This document shows positions 35,837 through 43,403 of a stretch of DNA of 55,971 nucleotides, piece after piece. Numbering within the stretch: the first letter of the stretch is position 1; each line of letters opens with the position of its first letter. Both the position numbers and the translations under genes were made by a program. A model generated the notes under the pieces. That model was given only the letters and a program-made list of their open reading frames with translations, was not told the origin of the DNA and made no database searches. This DNA is from an uncultured Candidatus Saccharibacteria bacterium. GTDB lineage: Bacteria > Patescibacteriota > Minisyncoccia > UBA6257 > 2-01-FULL-56-20. Where the stretch lies: the NCBI GenBank assembly GCA_964456235.1, contig CAYWDX010000001.1, forward strand, positions 267,210 to 323,180, given 5' to 3'.

Positions 35837-36220
35837 ATGAAGAAATTTAAGCAAATCGTCGCAGCGTGGGGGGCGCCGGCTGTGGCCCTCGTATTGCCGG
35901 CCCTCGTTTCCGCACAGGTTTCGAACCCTCCGGTGGTTGCTCCGCAACCGTACCAGAACATTAACCAGGTGACGGGTGCGTCGGGCATTCTCTGTATCGC
36001 CATCAACTGGATTTTCTGGTTCCTCATCGTCCTTACGATCATCTTTGTGTTGGTTGCAGCGTTCAAATATTTGACGGCTGCAGGCAACCCCGAGAAGGTG
36101 ACATCGGCCAGCCACACCCTGCTTTATGCAGCGATCGCAGTGGTCGTAGCAGTTCTCGCAAGAGGATTGCCCTACATCATCGCATCCTTCCTTGGTGCAA
36201 GCTTCGGCCAGGTCTGTTAA
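35837..36220 (+). CDS. VirB2/TrbC-like two-TM secreted protein, paralog 6
   Basis: Signal peptide ...LVLPALVSAQ, then LCIAINWIFWFLIVLTIIFVLVAAFKYLTAAGNPEKVTSASHTLLYAAIAVVVAVLARGLP...GQVC. Confidence 0.6.
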   Translation: MKKFKQIVAAWGAPAVALVLPALVSAQVSNPPVVAPQPYQNINQVTGASGILCIAINWIFWFLIVLTIIFVLVAAFKYLTAAGNPEKVTSASHTLLYAAIAVVVAVLARGLPYIIASFLGASFGQVC

Positions 36221-36240
36221 TCTGGAAATCTTCGAAGTAT

Positions 36241-36272
36241 AAAGAGGGCCCGCAGGGGCCCTCTTTGGTTTT
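36241..36272 (+). terminator. rho-independent terminator ending the pilin-like gene array
   Basis: AAAGAGGGCCC-gcag-GGGCCCTCTTT followed by ggtttt. Confidence 0.75.
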
Positions 36273-36277
36273 GAAAA

Positions 36278-36309
36278 TAAAAAAACCCGCCGGCGTGGTG
36301 CCAGCGGGT
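36278..36309 (-). terminator. rho-independent terminator for the convergent minus-strand two-gene operon
   Basis: On the minus strand, ACCCGCTGGC-accac-GCCGGCGGGT is followed by ttttttt. Confidence 0.65.
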
Positions 36310-36330
36310 GCAGAGTGAGGCCATGCCTCA

Positions 36331-37245
36331 CTATGGTTTGCGCGTTGTGACGTAGAAGTGGATGAACCCACGTCCCTGCGCGCGGAAGGTTGTGGTTGGA
36401 TTGCCCTGCGCTGAGCAGCCGTTGAAGTCTCGGCCGAAGCTTTCGTAAGGCGCATGAAGCCTTTGGGCAACGGGCTTATCCTCGCACCACACTCCGACCC
36501 AGTCGCCTGGGGCGTGACTGTGGGTTATGTCGAAGGTATTCCAATCCGCCGGGAGCTTGATGGGGCCGTGGTAGCAGCCCGCCTCGAGCTCGATGTCGAC
36601 GCGATCGGTCTTCTCCGACGAAAAGTCCTGCGGTTCGTCAGTATCGCATGGCGCCGGGCCGTATCCAGCAAAATCGCTAGACGCCGGACTCGACGGGAGC
36701 ACCGTCTTGATGATCCCCTTATTCGCCAGGGACTCATCAATTCGGCGGCGCTTCTCGGGTAGGGATGCTCCCCATCCTGGGAAAACGATGCCGAGCACGA
36801 TGGCGCCCATTCCCACGACGGCGATGAGCTTGAGAACCCATCCCTTCTTGAACCAGGCGGCGATGATCGCCCAGAGGAGCATGAAGATCAAGATCTCATA
36901 AGCCAGCGAAGCCGGCGTCTGGTGTCCCAAGAGCATGCCGCGATAACCGCCATCCGCCATGAAGTCGTTCAGGGCGTCCACCTGATAAATGTGGAATGCC
37001 TGACCGAACAAGTAGCGGAGGGCGAAGAACGCGATGGTGATCGCGAAGGTGCGCCCAGCGAAGGCGAAAGTCGCCCCGATCCCCGAAGTCGTGATACCAA
37101 GCTTCCCAGCCAGGTAACGAGTGACGAGGACGAAGGCTACGGTGAAGAACGTTCGGAAGACGGGACTCCCATAGAGTGTGCCGCCCAGGATCGAAAAGCA
37201 CGCTGCCGCGAGTAATGCGTGAAACCAGTCCTTGCGGGTGTTCAT
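36331..37245 (-). CDS. hypothetical membrane protein (about six TM) with C-terminal Cys-containing soluble domain
   Basis: 304-aa ORF. Its ATG overlaps the upstream gene's stop (ATGA). Codon usage (AAG, TTC, ATC, CTC) differs from neighbouring genes. Confidence 0.6.
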   Translation of the reverse strand: MNTRKDWFHALLAAACFSILGGTLYGSPVFRTFFTVAFVLVTRYLAGKLGITTSGIGATFAFAGRTFAITIAFFALRYLFGQAFHIYQVDALNDFMADGGYRGMLLGHQTPASLAYEILIFMLLWAIIAAWFKKGWVLKLIAVVGMGAIVLGIVFPGWGASLPEKRRRIDESLANKGIIKTVLPSSPASSDFAGYGPAPCDTDEPQDFSSEKTDRVDIELEAGCYHGPIKLPADWNTFDITHSHAPGDWVGVWCEDKPVAQRLHAPYESFGRDFNGCSAQGNPTTTFRAQGRGFIHFYVTTRKP

Positions 37246-38201
37246 GATGTAGCTCTCTTTTCCTTTCTGGCCACGTAGCCTTTGAAAACTACCTTGATGA
37301 ACTCGGAGAGCATCTCGCCAACCATCTCTACCGAGAGGAGCTGGAGAAACCGGCCACCGGAGTCAGGAGCTGAAACCCTCGTGGCACCAGCTGCCGCCGG
37401 CGCACCACCCCCATCTCCTCGTCGCTCCCTTGCCTTGCTTCGCTCACGTTGAATCACCTCGATCACTTTCTTGATCCCGAGATGTACTTCGTCGTAGAAC
37501 GCGAAGAAGAAGTAGACGAAGGTGATCAGTATGAGTGAAAGCGACGCCTGCCACCAGAACCACGTTGCTTTTGGTACCGGCGGCGCCGGCGGCGGGATGG
37601 TAATCGCGGGAGCGTTGTTCCCGTAGTAGAACACGTTCCATGCCTTGACGAGAGTGGTTGTGAGCGGCGTTCCGTTTGCTGATTGGAATGTGCCGCTCCA
37701 GAGCGGTTCGCCTGGATGCCCGAACGCCATCAGGATCGTGAAGATCGTCAGGGTCGCCAGAAACTCCCATCGGAAGTTGTTGTCCGAACCCCCTGTGCCA
37801 GTGAATCTATCACAGATGCGTTCGAGGCATTCCACAAACGTTGGGCGATGCCCGACGACGACTCCTTCCGCAGGGGAAGCAAGCCAGTTAATGGCTGTCC
37901 ATGAAAAGATCCAGGTAATCATCCCGATGACCGGACGTCCTTTCTTAGAACTGCCGTTCACGCGAGGGATCACCCAAGTGATGCTCGCCCACAAGAAGAT
38001 CCAGGTGATCATCCCGATCACGAGCAGTCCGATGAATCGGAGGATGAAATATTCCTGGACGGTGTTGGTCGTGGTGGGCTCGATTGCCCCTACCGCAGAC
38101 CAAGCCAGGTAAAGGATGCCGCCCGCAACTGCGACCGCCACCGACAAAATGCCGACGATGATCGCGAAGCGAATGGCGAGAGCCGTATCACGACGTGCCA
38201 T
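37242..38201 (-). CDS. hypothetical polytopic membrane protein with an internal 30-codon duplication
   Basis: 319-aa ORF containing VIGMITWIFLWASITW and VIGMITWIFSWTAINW exactly 30 codons apart. Gly/Ala/Arg-rich C-terminal region. An AT-rich promoter region lies at 38202-38310. Confidence 0.6.
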   Translation of the reverse strand: MARRDTALAIRFAIIVGILSVAVAVAGGILYLAWSAVGAIEPTTTNTVQEYFILRFIGLLVIGMITWIFLWASITWVIPRVNGSSKKGRPVIGMITWIFSWTAINWLASPAEGVVVGHRPTFVECLERICDRFTGTGGSDNNFRWEFLATLTIFTILMAFGHPGEPLWSGTFQSANGTPLTTTLVKAWNVFYYGNNAPAITIPPPAPPVPKATWFWWQASLSLILITFVYFFFAFYDEVHLGIKKVIEVIQRERSKARERRGDGGGAPAAAGATRVSAPDSGGRFLQLLSVEMVGEMLSEFIKVVFKGYVARKEKRATS

Positions 38202-38314
38202 GGTTTTCTCCTATTTTTGAATTCTTAAAGAACGGATACAATATACTATATAAAATCTGATTTGTCAAGAAATGCCTTATATCCTATACTATACAAGGCT
38301 TTAAGAGGGTTTCT

Positions 38315-38395
38315 GCTGGGGTGGCGAAATGGCAAACGCACTAGCTTTAGGAGCTAGCGCCGCAAGGCTTGTGGGTTCAAGTCCCACCCCCAGCA
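38315..38395 (+). tRNA. tRNA-Leu (anticodon TAG), long variable arm
   Basis: GCTGGGG acceptor pairs with CCCCAGC. Anticodon stem CTAGC/GCTAG with loop TTTAGGA, variable arm CGCCGCAAGGCTT, T arm GTGGG-TTCAAGT-CCCAC, discriminator A. Confidence 0.85.
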
Positions 38396-38424
38396 CCGCC
38401 ATGTTCTGTTCGCCGTTCTCGTTA

Positions 38425-39315
38425 TCACTCGCGTCGTTTCCCGTGGAACGCATGGTGCACGTCGCGCAGCGCTTTGTTCGTGAGATGCGTATAGATCTGC
38501 GTCGTCGAAATATTTGAGTGGCCGAGGAGTTCCTGCACGGACCGGATGTCCGCGCCGTTCATCAAAAGATCGGTTGCAAAACTATGGCGTAACTCGTGCG
38601 CATGGACGTGTTTTGAAATGCCAGCTTCGAGCGCACGCGAGGCGACGAGGCGTTGCACCGCGCGCGGCGTCACGCGCCCGAGGACTTTCCCGCGCCGGTC
38701 GAGACTCACGAACAACGCCTCATCCGCATCGTCCCGCTTCGCCAAATATTTTTGCACGGCGTCACGCGCGGAATTGGAAATGAAAACGATCCGCAGTTTG
38801 TCGCCCTTCCCGCGCACCGTCACCTCGCCGCGCTTCACATCGATTGTGCGGTTTAAAGAGCAGAGCTCCGCGAGCCGCAGGCCGGTGGAGAAAAACACCT
38901 CGAGCGCGGCGCGGTCGCGGAGCGAGCGGAGGTCGTTGCCCTTCGGCGCCTTGAGGAGGCGCTCGAGGTCGGCATATTCGAGAACTTCGATTTGGCGGGA
39001 GGTTGTTTTCGGCAACTCGATTTTTTCTGCGGCGAGCGTTTTGATGTCGCGCTTCGCGAGATATTTCAGAAAATTACGAATCGCGATCACGTAGTAGCGC
39101 TGCGTATTCTTTTTTAGGTCCTCTCGCGCGAGCACTTTACGGAATTCTGTGACGGCGGCTTCGGTGATGTCTTTCGGGGAAGCGACGCCGGCAGCTGTAA
39201 TGAATTTTTTAAGATAGCGCTCGTAGTTTTCGCTCGTGAGGTGCGAACGATTCTTCTCTACTTCTAAGTAGTTCAAATAATCGCGGAGGAGGCGATGGAT
39301 TTCTGATGCGGGCAT
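38425..39315 (-). CDS. XerC/XerD-family tyrosine recombinase
   Basis: N-terminal SAM-like domain (YLNYLEVEKNRSHLTSENY). Catalytic residues lie in GLRLAEL, HELRHSFAT, LLGHSNISTTQIYTH. Confidence 0.88.
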   Translation of the reverse strand: MPASEIHRLLRDYLNYLEVEKNRSHLTSENYERYLKKFITAAGVASPKDITEAAVTEFRKVLAREDLKKNTQRYYVIAIRNFLKYLAKRDIKTLAAEKIELPKTTSRQIEVLEYADLERLLKAPKGNDLRSLRDRAALEVFFSTGLRLAELCSLNRTIDVKRGEVTVRGKGDKLRIVFISNSARDAVQKYLAKRDDADEALFVSLDRRGKVLGRVTPRAVQRLVASRALEAGISKHVHAHELRHSFATDLLMNGADIRSVQELLGHSNISTTQIYTHLTNKALRDVHHAFHGKRRE

Positions 39316-39355
39316 ACTGCCATTATACGCCCATCTGTCGCAAAACGGCGCAAAG

Positions 39356-39883
39356 CTATGTTGATTTTTCCAAGTGAAGTTTGGCGAATGCCAGGAGAAG
39401 GGCAGGCGTCATGAGGTCTTTTCTGGTAAGCGTCTTTGCAGAGAAATATACGATCGGATCTTCTTCGCCAGCGAGGCGCTGGGTGAAGGCGTCAATTTTG
39501 ATGCGCGCCTCCTGCACTTCTTTGATGATCCATTCAGGGATGCTGACGCCGGGGGTGAAGCTTGCCGTCGTCATGCCATCTTTGGTACAAACGGCGATGC
39601 AAATTACGTAGTACCATTCTTTCGCCCTGTAGATAAGGGCCAGAGAATTTTCCACGCCGATGCCAACGTCCACGCCATCCCGCTTCGCTGCTTCAGCAGC
39701 GTAGCGCTTCGCCCGTTCAAAAAGTTCCTCAAATCCAAACGTCTGTTCCGGTGCCGGCGGGCGCTCAAGCGTCCCATCGTGCACGATCTCGATCGTCATT
39801 CCAAGCCGGCGGCCGGCTTCAAGTACCGCTTCCTGTTTTGGTTTGAGATACCGGTTCGATGTATAGAGGCCTACTTTCATCAC
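39356..39883 (-). CDS. DUF84 / YjjX-like non-canonical purine NTP phosphatase (tentative)
   Basis: PEQTFGFEELFERAKRYAAEA, DVGIGVENS and the C-terminal LTRKDLMTPALLLAF parallel the YjjX pattern as I recall it. Confidence 0.5.
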   Translation of the reverse strand: MMKVGLYTSNRYLKPKQEAVLEAGRRLGMTIEIVHDGTLERPPAPEQTFGFEELFERAKRYAAEAAKRDGVDVGIGVENSLALIYRAKEWYYVICIAVCTKDGMTTASFTPGVSIPEWIIKEVQEARIKIDAFTQRLAGEEDPIVYFSAKTLTRKDLMTPALLLAFAKLHLEKST

Positions 39884-39966
39884 CTTCTATTATACCTTTA
39901 TACCTTTCAGGGAACTCATGCCCGGAGTAAGTTGTATTTATCAAAGATTTATGATATTCTGCACCC

Positions 39967-40233
39967 ATGCTTACCAAGCGCGTAAAATCTCGCTTAATCG
40001 GCGAGCATAAGACGCATGAAAAGGACACGGGCTCTGCCAACGTGCAGATTGCCGTGCTCACGCGGCAGATCGACGAGCTCGCAACCCATCTGAAGCGCAA
40101 CCAGAAAGACAATCACTCGCGCCGCGGACTTTTGAAAATGGTGGTGAAGCGCCGCAAGCTCATGGCATACCTGAAAAAGCGCGAACCGGCGGCGTACACA
40201 AAGATCGCAAAGAAGTTGGACCTTAAGCACTAA
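39967..40233 (+). CDS. rpsO: 30S ribosomal protein S15
   Basis: TGSANVQIAVLTRQIDELATHLKRNQKDNHSRRGLLKMVVKRRKLMAYL is the canonical S15 pattern. Confidence 0.95.
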   Translation: MLTKRVKSRLIGEHKTHEKDTGSANVQIAVLTRQIDELATHLKRNQKDNHSRRGLLKMVVKRRKLMAYLKKREPAAYTKIAKKLDLKH

Positions 40234-40868
40234 TGAAGTCAGACGCTAAACATTCCAACCAGCGGGTTGGGATTTTTGTTGATGTGCAGAATCTTTACCA
40301 CTCGGCGAAGAATCTGTACCACGGCCGCGTAAATTATACGGAGCTCATGAAGCACCTCGTGGGGGACCGTCAGCTGATCCGCGCGATGGCGTATGTCGTG
40401 AAAAGTGAAGGCGTCGAACCGCAGCATGCGCGCGGTGCTGAACGCGAGGATGCTCCGCGCTTGCGCGGACGCGGCGCGGGGCGCGTGGTGCGCGAGGGCG
40501 CTTCCGAACGCGGCGATGCCGGGAACGGACTTTCTTCTGAAGCGGCATTTTTTGAAGCGCTCACGAAGGCCGGTCTTGAATTGCGCATGAAAGATCTCCA
40601 GATTTATGCCGGCGGCATGAAAAAAGCCGACTGGGACGTCGGCATGGCGGTTGACGCGATCCGCATGTCGCCATTTTTGGATGTAGTTATTTTGGTAACG
40701 GGGGATGGCGACTTTTTGCCCCTCGTCGATTATCTGAAGTGGGGCGCCGGGCGCCTCGTGGAGGTTGCGGCTTTCCGTCGCAGCGCGTCTTCGAAAATTC
40801 AGGAAGCGGCCGACACGTTTATTAATATTGAAGACATCCCGCGCGCCATTATGAAGTCGCGCGTGTAG
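40233..40868 (+). CDS. NYN-domain (LabA-like) putative RNase with Arg/Gly/Ala-rich insert
   Basis: VGIFVDVQNLYHSAK...RAMAYVV...DWDVGMAVDAI....DVVILVTGDGDFLPLV. The start overlaps the rpsO stop (TAATG). Confidence 0.75.
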   Translation: MKSDAKHSNQRVGIFVDVQNLYHSAKNLYHGRVNYTELMKHLVGDRQLIRAMAYVVKSEGVEPQHARGAEREDAPRLRGRGAGRVVREGASERGDAGNGLSSEAAFFEALTKAGLELRMKDLQIYAGGMKKADWDVGMAVDAIRMSPFLDVVILVTGDGDFLPLVDYLKWGAGRLVEVAAFRRSASSKIQEAADTFINIEDIPRAIMKSRV

Positions 40869-40913
40869 GTTGGGCGTGAGTCAAGCGCGCGTTAATAATT
40901 CTTTCATTAAAAC

Positions 40914-43037
40914 ATGCTTAAGAAAAAACAATTTTCGATTGACGTAGCCGGAAAAAACCTGACGATCGAGGTTTCATCCCTCGCTGAACAGGCGAACGCC
41001 GCCGTGCTTGCAAAATATGGCGAGACCGTCGTCCTCGCGACGGCGGTGATGTCGAACCGCGACGTGCCCATGGATTACCTGCCGCTCAAGGTTGACTACG
41101 AAGAAAAATTTTATGCTGCCGGGAAGATTATCGGCAGCCGGTTTATCCGCCGCGAGGGGCGCGCCTCTGAAGAGGCGGTGCTCGCCGGGCGCCTGGTAGA
41201 CCGCACGATCCGCCCGCTCTTTGACCACCGCCTGCGCCGGGAAATCCAGGTGGTGGTGACTGTTTTGCAGATCGACGAAGAAAATGATCCAGAATTTGTC
41301 GGCTTGATCGGCGCTTCGACGGCGCTCCACATTTCCGACATCCCATGGGCTGGGCCGGTTGCCGGTTTGCGGATGGTGCAGGTGGGCAGCGAATTCAAAA
41401 TCAATCCCGACAATTCGTTCGTCGCGGCGAATCCGCCGATCTACGACGCCTTCGTTTCGGGCGCGAAAGACCGCATCAACATGTTGGAGCTCGGCGGTTT
41501 GGATGCTGCGGAAAAAGATATTGTTGCCGGGTTCACGCTCGCGCAAAAAGAAATAAACCGACTCGCCGAGTTCCAGGAAAAAATTCGCGCAGAGATTGGC
41601 AAGGAAAAAATGGCTATCGCCGTTGCGGAGCCCGACCCGGAATTGAAGCCGGCGCTCAGGGCGTACCTCGCTGACACATTGGAAGCAGCCGTATTTCGCG
41701 CGAACAAAATGGAGCAGCACAGTGCGATCGGTACGCTGAAGAGCGAACTATTCGAACATTTGAAAACTACGTTTGAGGCGCAGGGCAAGGAGGTGACGTG
41801 GGGCTCGGTTGATTTCCTGTTTGAAGAAGCGATCAATGACCTCGTGCACAAGAAAGCGCTCGAAGAGGGGACGCGGCCTGACGGGCGCAAGCTTGACGAG
41901 CTGCGTGCGCTCGACGGCGAGATCAAACTCTTGTCGCGCACGCACGGTTCTGCGATTTTCGTACGCGGGAACACCCAGGCGCTTGCCGTGACGACACTCG
42001 CAGCGCCGGGCGCGGAGCAGATGATTGAGACGATGGAAACGACCGGCAAGCGCCGTTTCATGCTGCACTACAATTTCCCGCCGTTTTCGGTGGGGGAGGT
42101 GGGGACGTTCCGCGGGCCGGGCCGGCGTGAAATCGGGCACGGCAATTTGGCGCGAAAATCGCTCGAGCGGCTCATTCCGACCAAGGAAGAATTTCCGTAC
42201 ACGATCCGCGTGGTGTCTGAAATCATGTCTTCGAATGGGTCGTCTTCCATGGCGACCGTTTGCGCATCCGCGCTTTCACTCATGGACGCGGGGGTGCCCC
42301 TGAAGAAACCAGCGGCTGGCATCGCGATGGGTTTGATGATGGGGACCACGCCGCGCGGCGCCGACGTTTCGAATTATAAAGTGCTGACCGACATCCAGGG
42401 TCCGGAGGACCATCACGGCGACATGGATATGAAAGTGGCGGGAACCGAGGATGGCGTGACCGGCATGCAGATGGATATTAAAGTGGACGGCATCACGGTG
42501 GAGATCATTGGGGCAACCCTCGCGCAGGCCCGCGCGGCGCGGCTCCAGATTTTGCAATTTATGAAAAGCCTGCTCCCCGCGCCGCGCGCCACCCTGTCTC
42601 CCTTTGTGCCGGCGATCCGTCAGCTCAAGATTCCGGTTGAAAAAATTGGCGCGGTCATCGGCCCGGGCGGCAAAATAATCAACGGTCTCATTGAGAAATA
42701 CGGCTTGGCGGGCATCGATATCGACGATGACGGCGGCGTATTTGTTTCTGGTACCAAACTTGAAAACGTGGAAGCGGCGGTGGCCGACATCCGTTCGATC
42801 ACGCGCGAATTCAAAGTGGGCGAGGTCGTCGAAGGGAATATCATAAAAATTATTGAAGTCGGCGCGATCGTTGACCTCGGCGGCGGCAAGGACGGCATGA
42901 TCCACATCTCCGAACTCAAAAATGGCTACGTGAAGAACGTGGAAGAAGTGGTGAAGCTCGGCGACTTTGTGCGTGCGAAAATCATCCGCGTGGGCGACGA
43001 CGGCCGCATCGGCCTCTCGATGAAGCAACTTTCTTAA
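40914..43037 (+). CDS. pnp: polyribonucleotide nucleotidyltransferase (PNPase)
   Basis: Two RNase PH domains (RPDGR..DELR, GSA.F.RG.TQ), then KH (GPGGKIIN) and S1 (GEVVEGNIIKIIEVGAIVDL) domains. Confidence 0.96.
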   Translation: MLKKKQFSIDVAGKNLTIEVSSLAEQANAAVLAKYGETVVLATAVMSNRDVPMDYLPLKVDYEEKFYAAGKIIGSRFIRREGRASEEAVLAGRLVDRTIRPLFDHRLRREIQVVVTVLQIDEENDPEFVGLIGASTALHISDIPWAGPVAGLRMVQVGSEFKINPDNSFVAANPPIYDAFVSGAKDRINMLELGGLDAAEKDIVAGFTLAQKEINRLAEFQEKIRAEIGKEKMAIAVAEPDPELKPALRAYLADTLEAAVFRANKMEQHSAIGTLKSELFEHLKTTFEAQGKEVTWGSVDFLFEEAINDLVHKKALEEGTRPDGRKLDELRALDGEIKLLSRTHGSAIFVRGNTQALAVTTLAAPGAEQMIETMETTGKRRFMLHYNFPPFSVGEVGTFRGPGRREIGHGNLARKSLERLIPTKEEFPYTIRVVSEIMSSNGSSSMATVCASALSLMDAGVPLKKPAAGIAMGLMMGTTPRGADVSNYKVLTDIQGPEDHHGDMDMKVAGTEDGVTGMQMDIKVDGITVEIIGATLAQARAARLQILQFMKSLLPAPRATLSPFVPAIRQLKIPVEKIGAVIGPGGKIINGLIEKYGLAGIDIDDDGGVFVSGTKLENVEAAVADIRSITREFKVGEVVEGNIIKIIEVGAIVDLGGGKDGMIHISELKNGYVKNVEEVVKLGDFVRAKIIRVGDDGRIGLSMKQLS

Positions 43038-43100
43038 GAACGGCTCTCGGAACGCCGGACAATGTCGGGAGCCTCGCGCGCTTCGTGGTAGAATGACCCC

Positions 43101-43385
43101 ATGGATCCGAATAATACATTCGCCCAAGCCGCGCCGACGCCTTCCGCGCCTCCGCCGCCGATCGAAGTGAAAGTGCGAACGATGAAGTCGGATCTCGCCG
43201 CCATGGCGCGGAGCGGAGGAGCGCTCCCGACATTCGAGAGCGTCAAAGTGAACGCGCGAGAAACTCCGGCCGGTGCCATTGGCGCTACCGGCGGCAAAAA
43301 TACGACGGTGGCTGTAGCGGTCGTGATAGCAGGAATAATCGCCCTCGCGTTAATCGCCTACGTGGCCTACATCGCCTTGCGCTAA
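43101..43385 (+). CDS. hypothetical small tail-anchored membrane protein
   Basis: 94-aa ORF with a Pro/Ala-rich N-terminus and a C-terminal TM helix (VAVAVVIAGIIALALIAYVAYIAL). Confidence 0.4.
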   Translation: MDPNNTFAQAAPTPSAPPPPIEVKVRTMKSDLAAMARSGGALPTFESVKVNARETPAGAIGATGGKNTTVAVAVVIAGIIALALIAYVAYIALR

Positions 43386-43403
43386 CGGGCGAAGTTCGAA
43401 CGG

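Noticed and set aside
38425-39315. Phage-type integrase marking a prophage or ICE
   Set aside because: The sequence is Xer-like. The downstream genes are core (DUF84 NTPase, rpsO, pnp). I saw no att-like repeat of the tRNA 3' end and no phage or conjugation genes.
42276-43127. 283-aa minus-strand ORF within pnp
   Set aside because: It is antisense to the PNPase KH/S1 region and has a His/Arg-rich composition.
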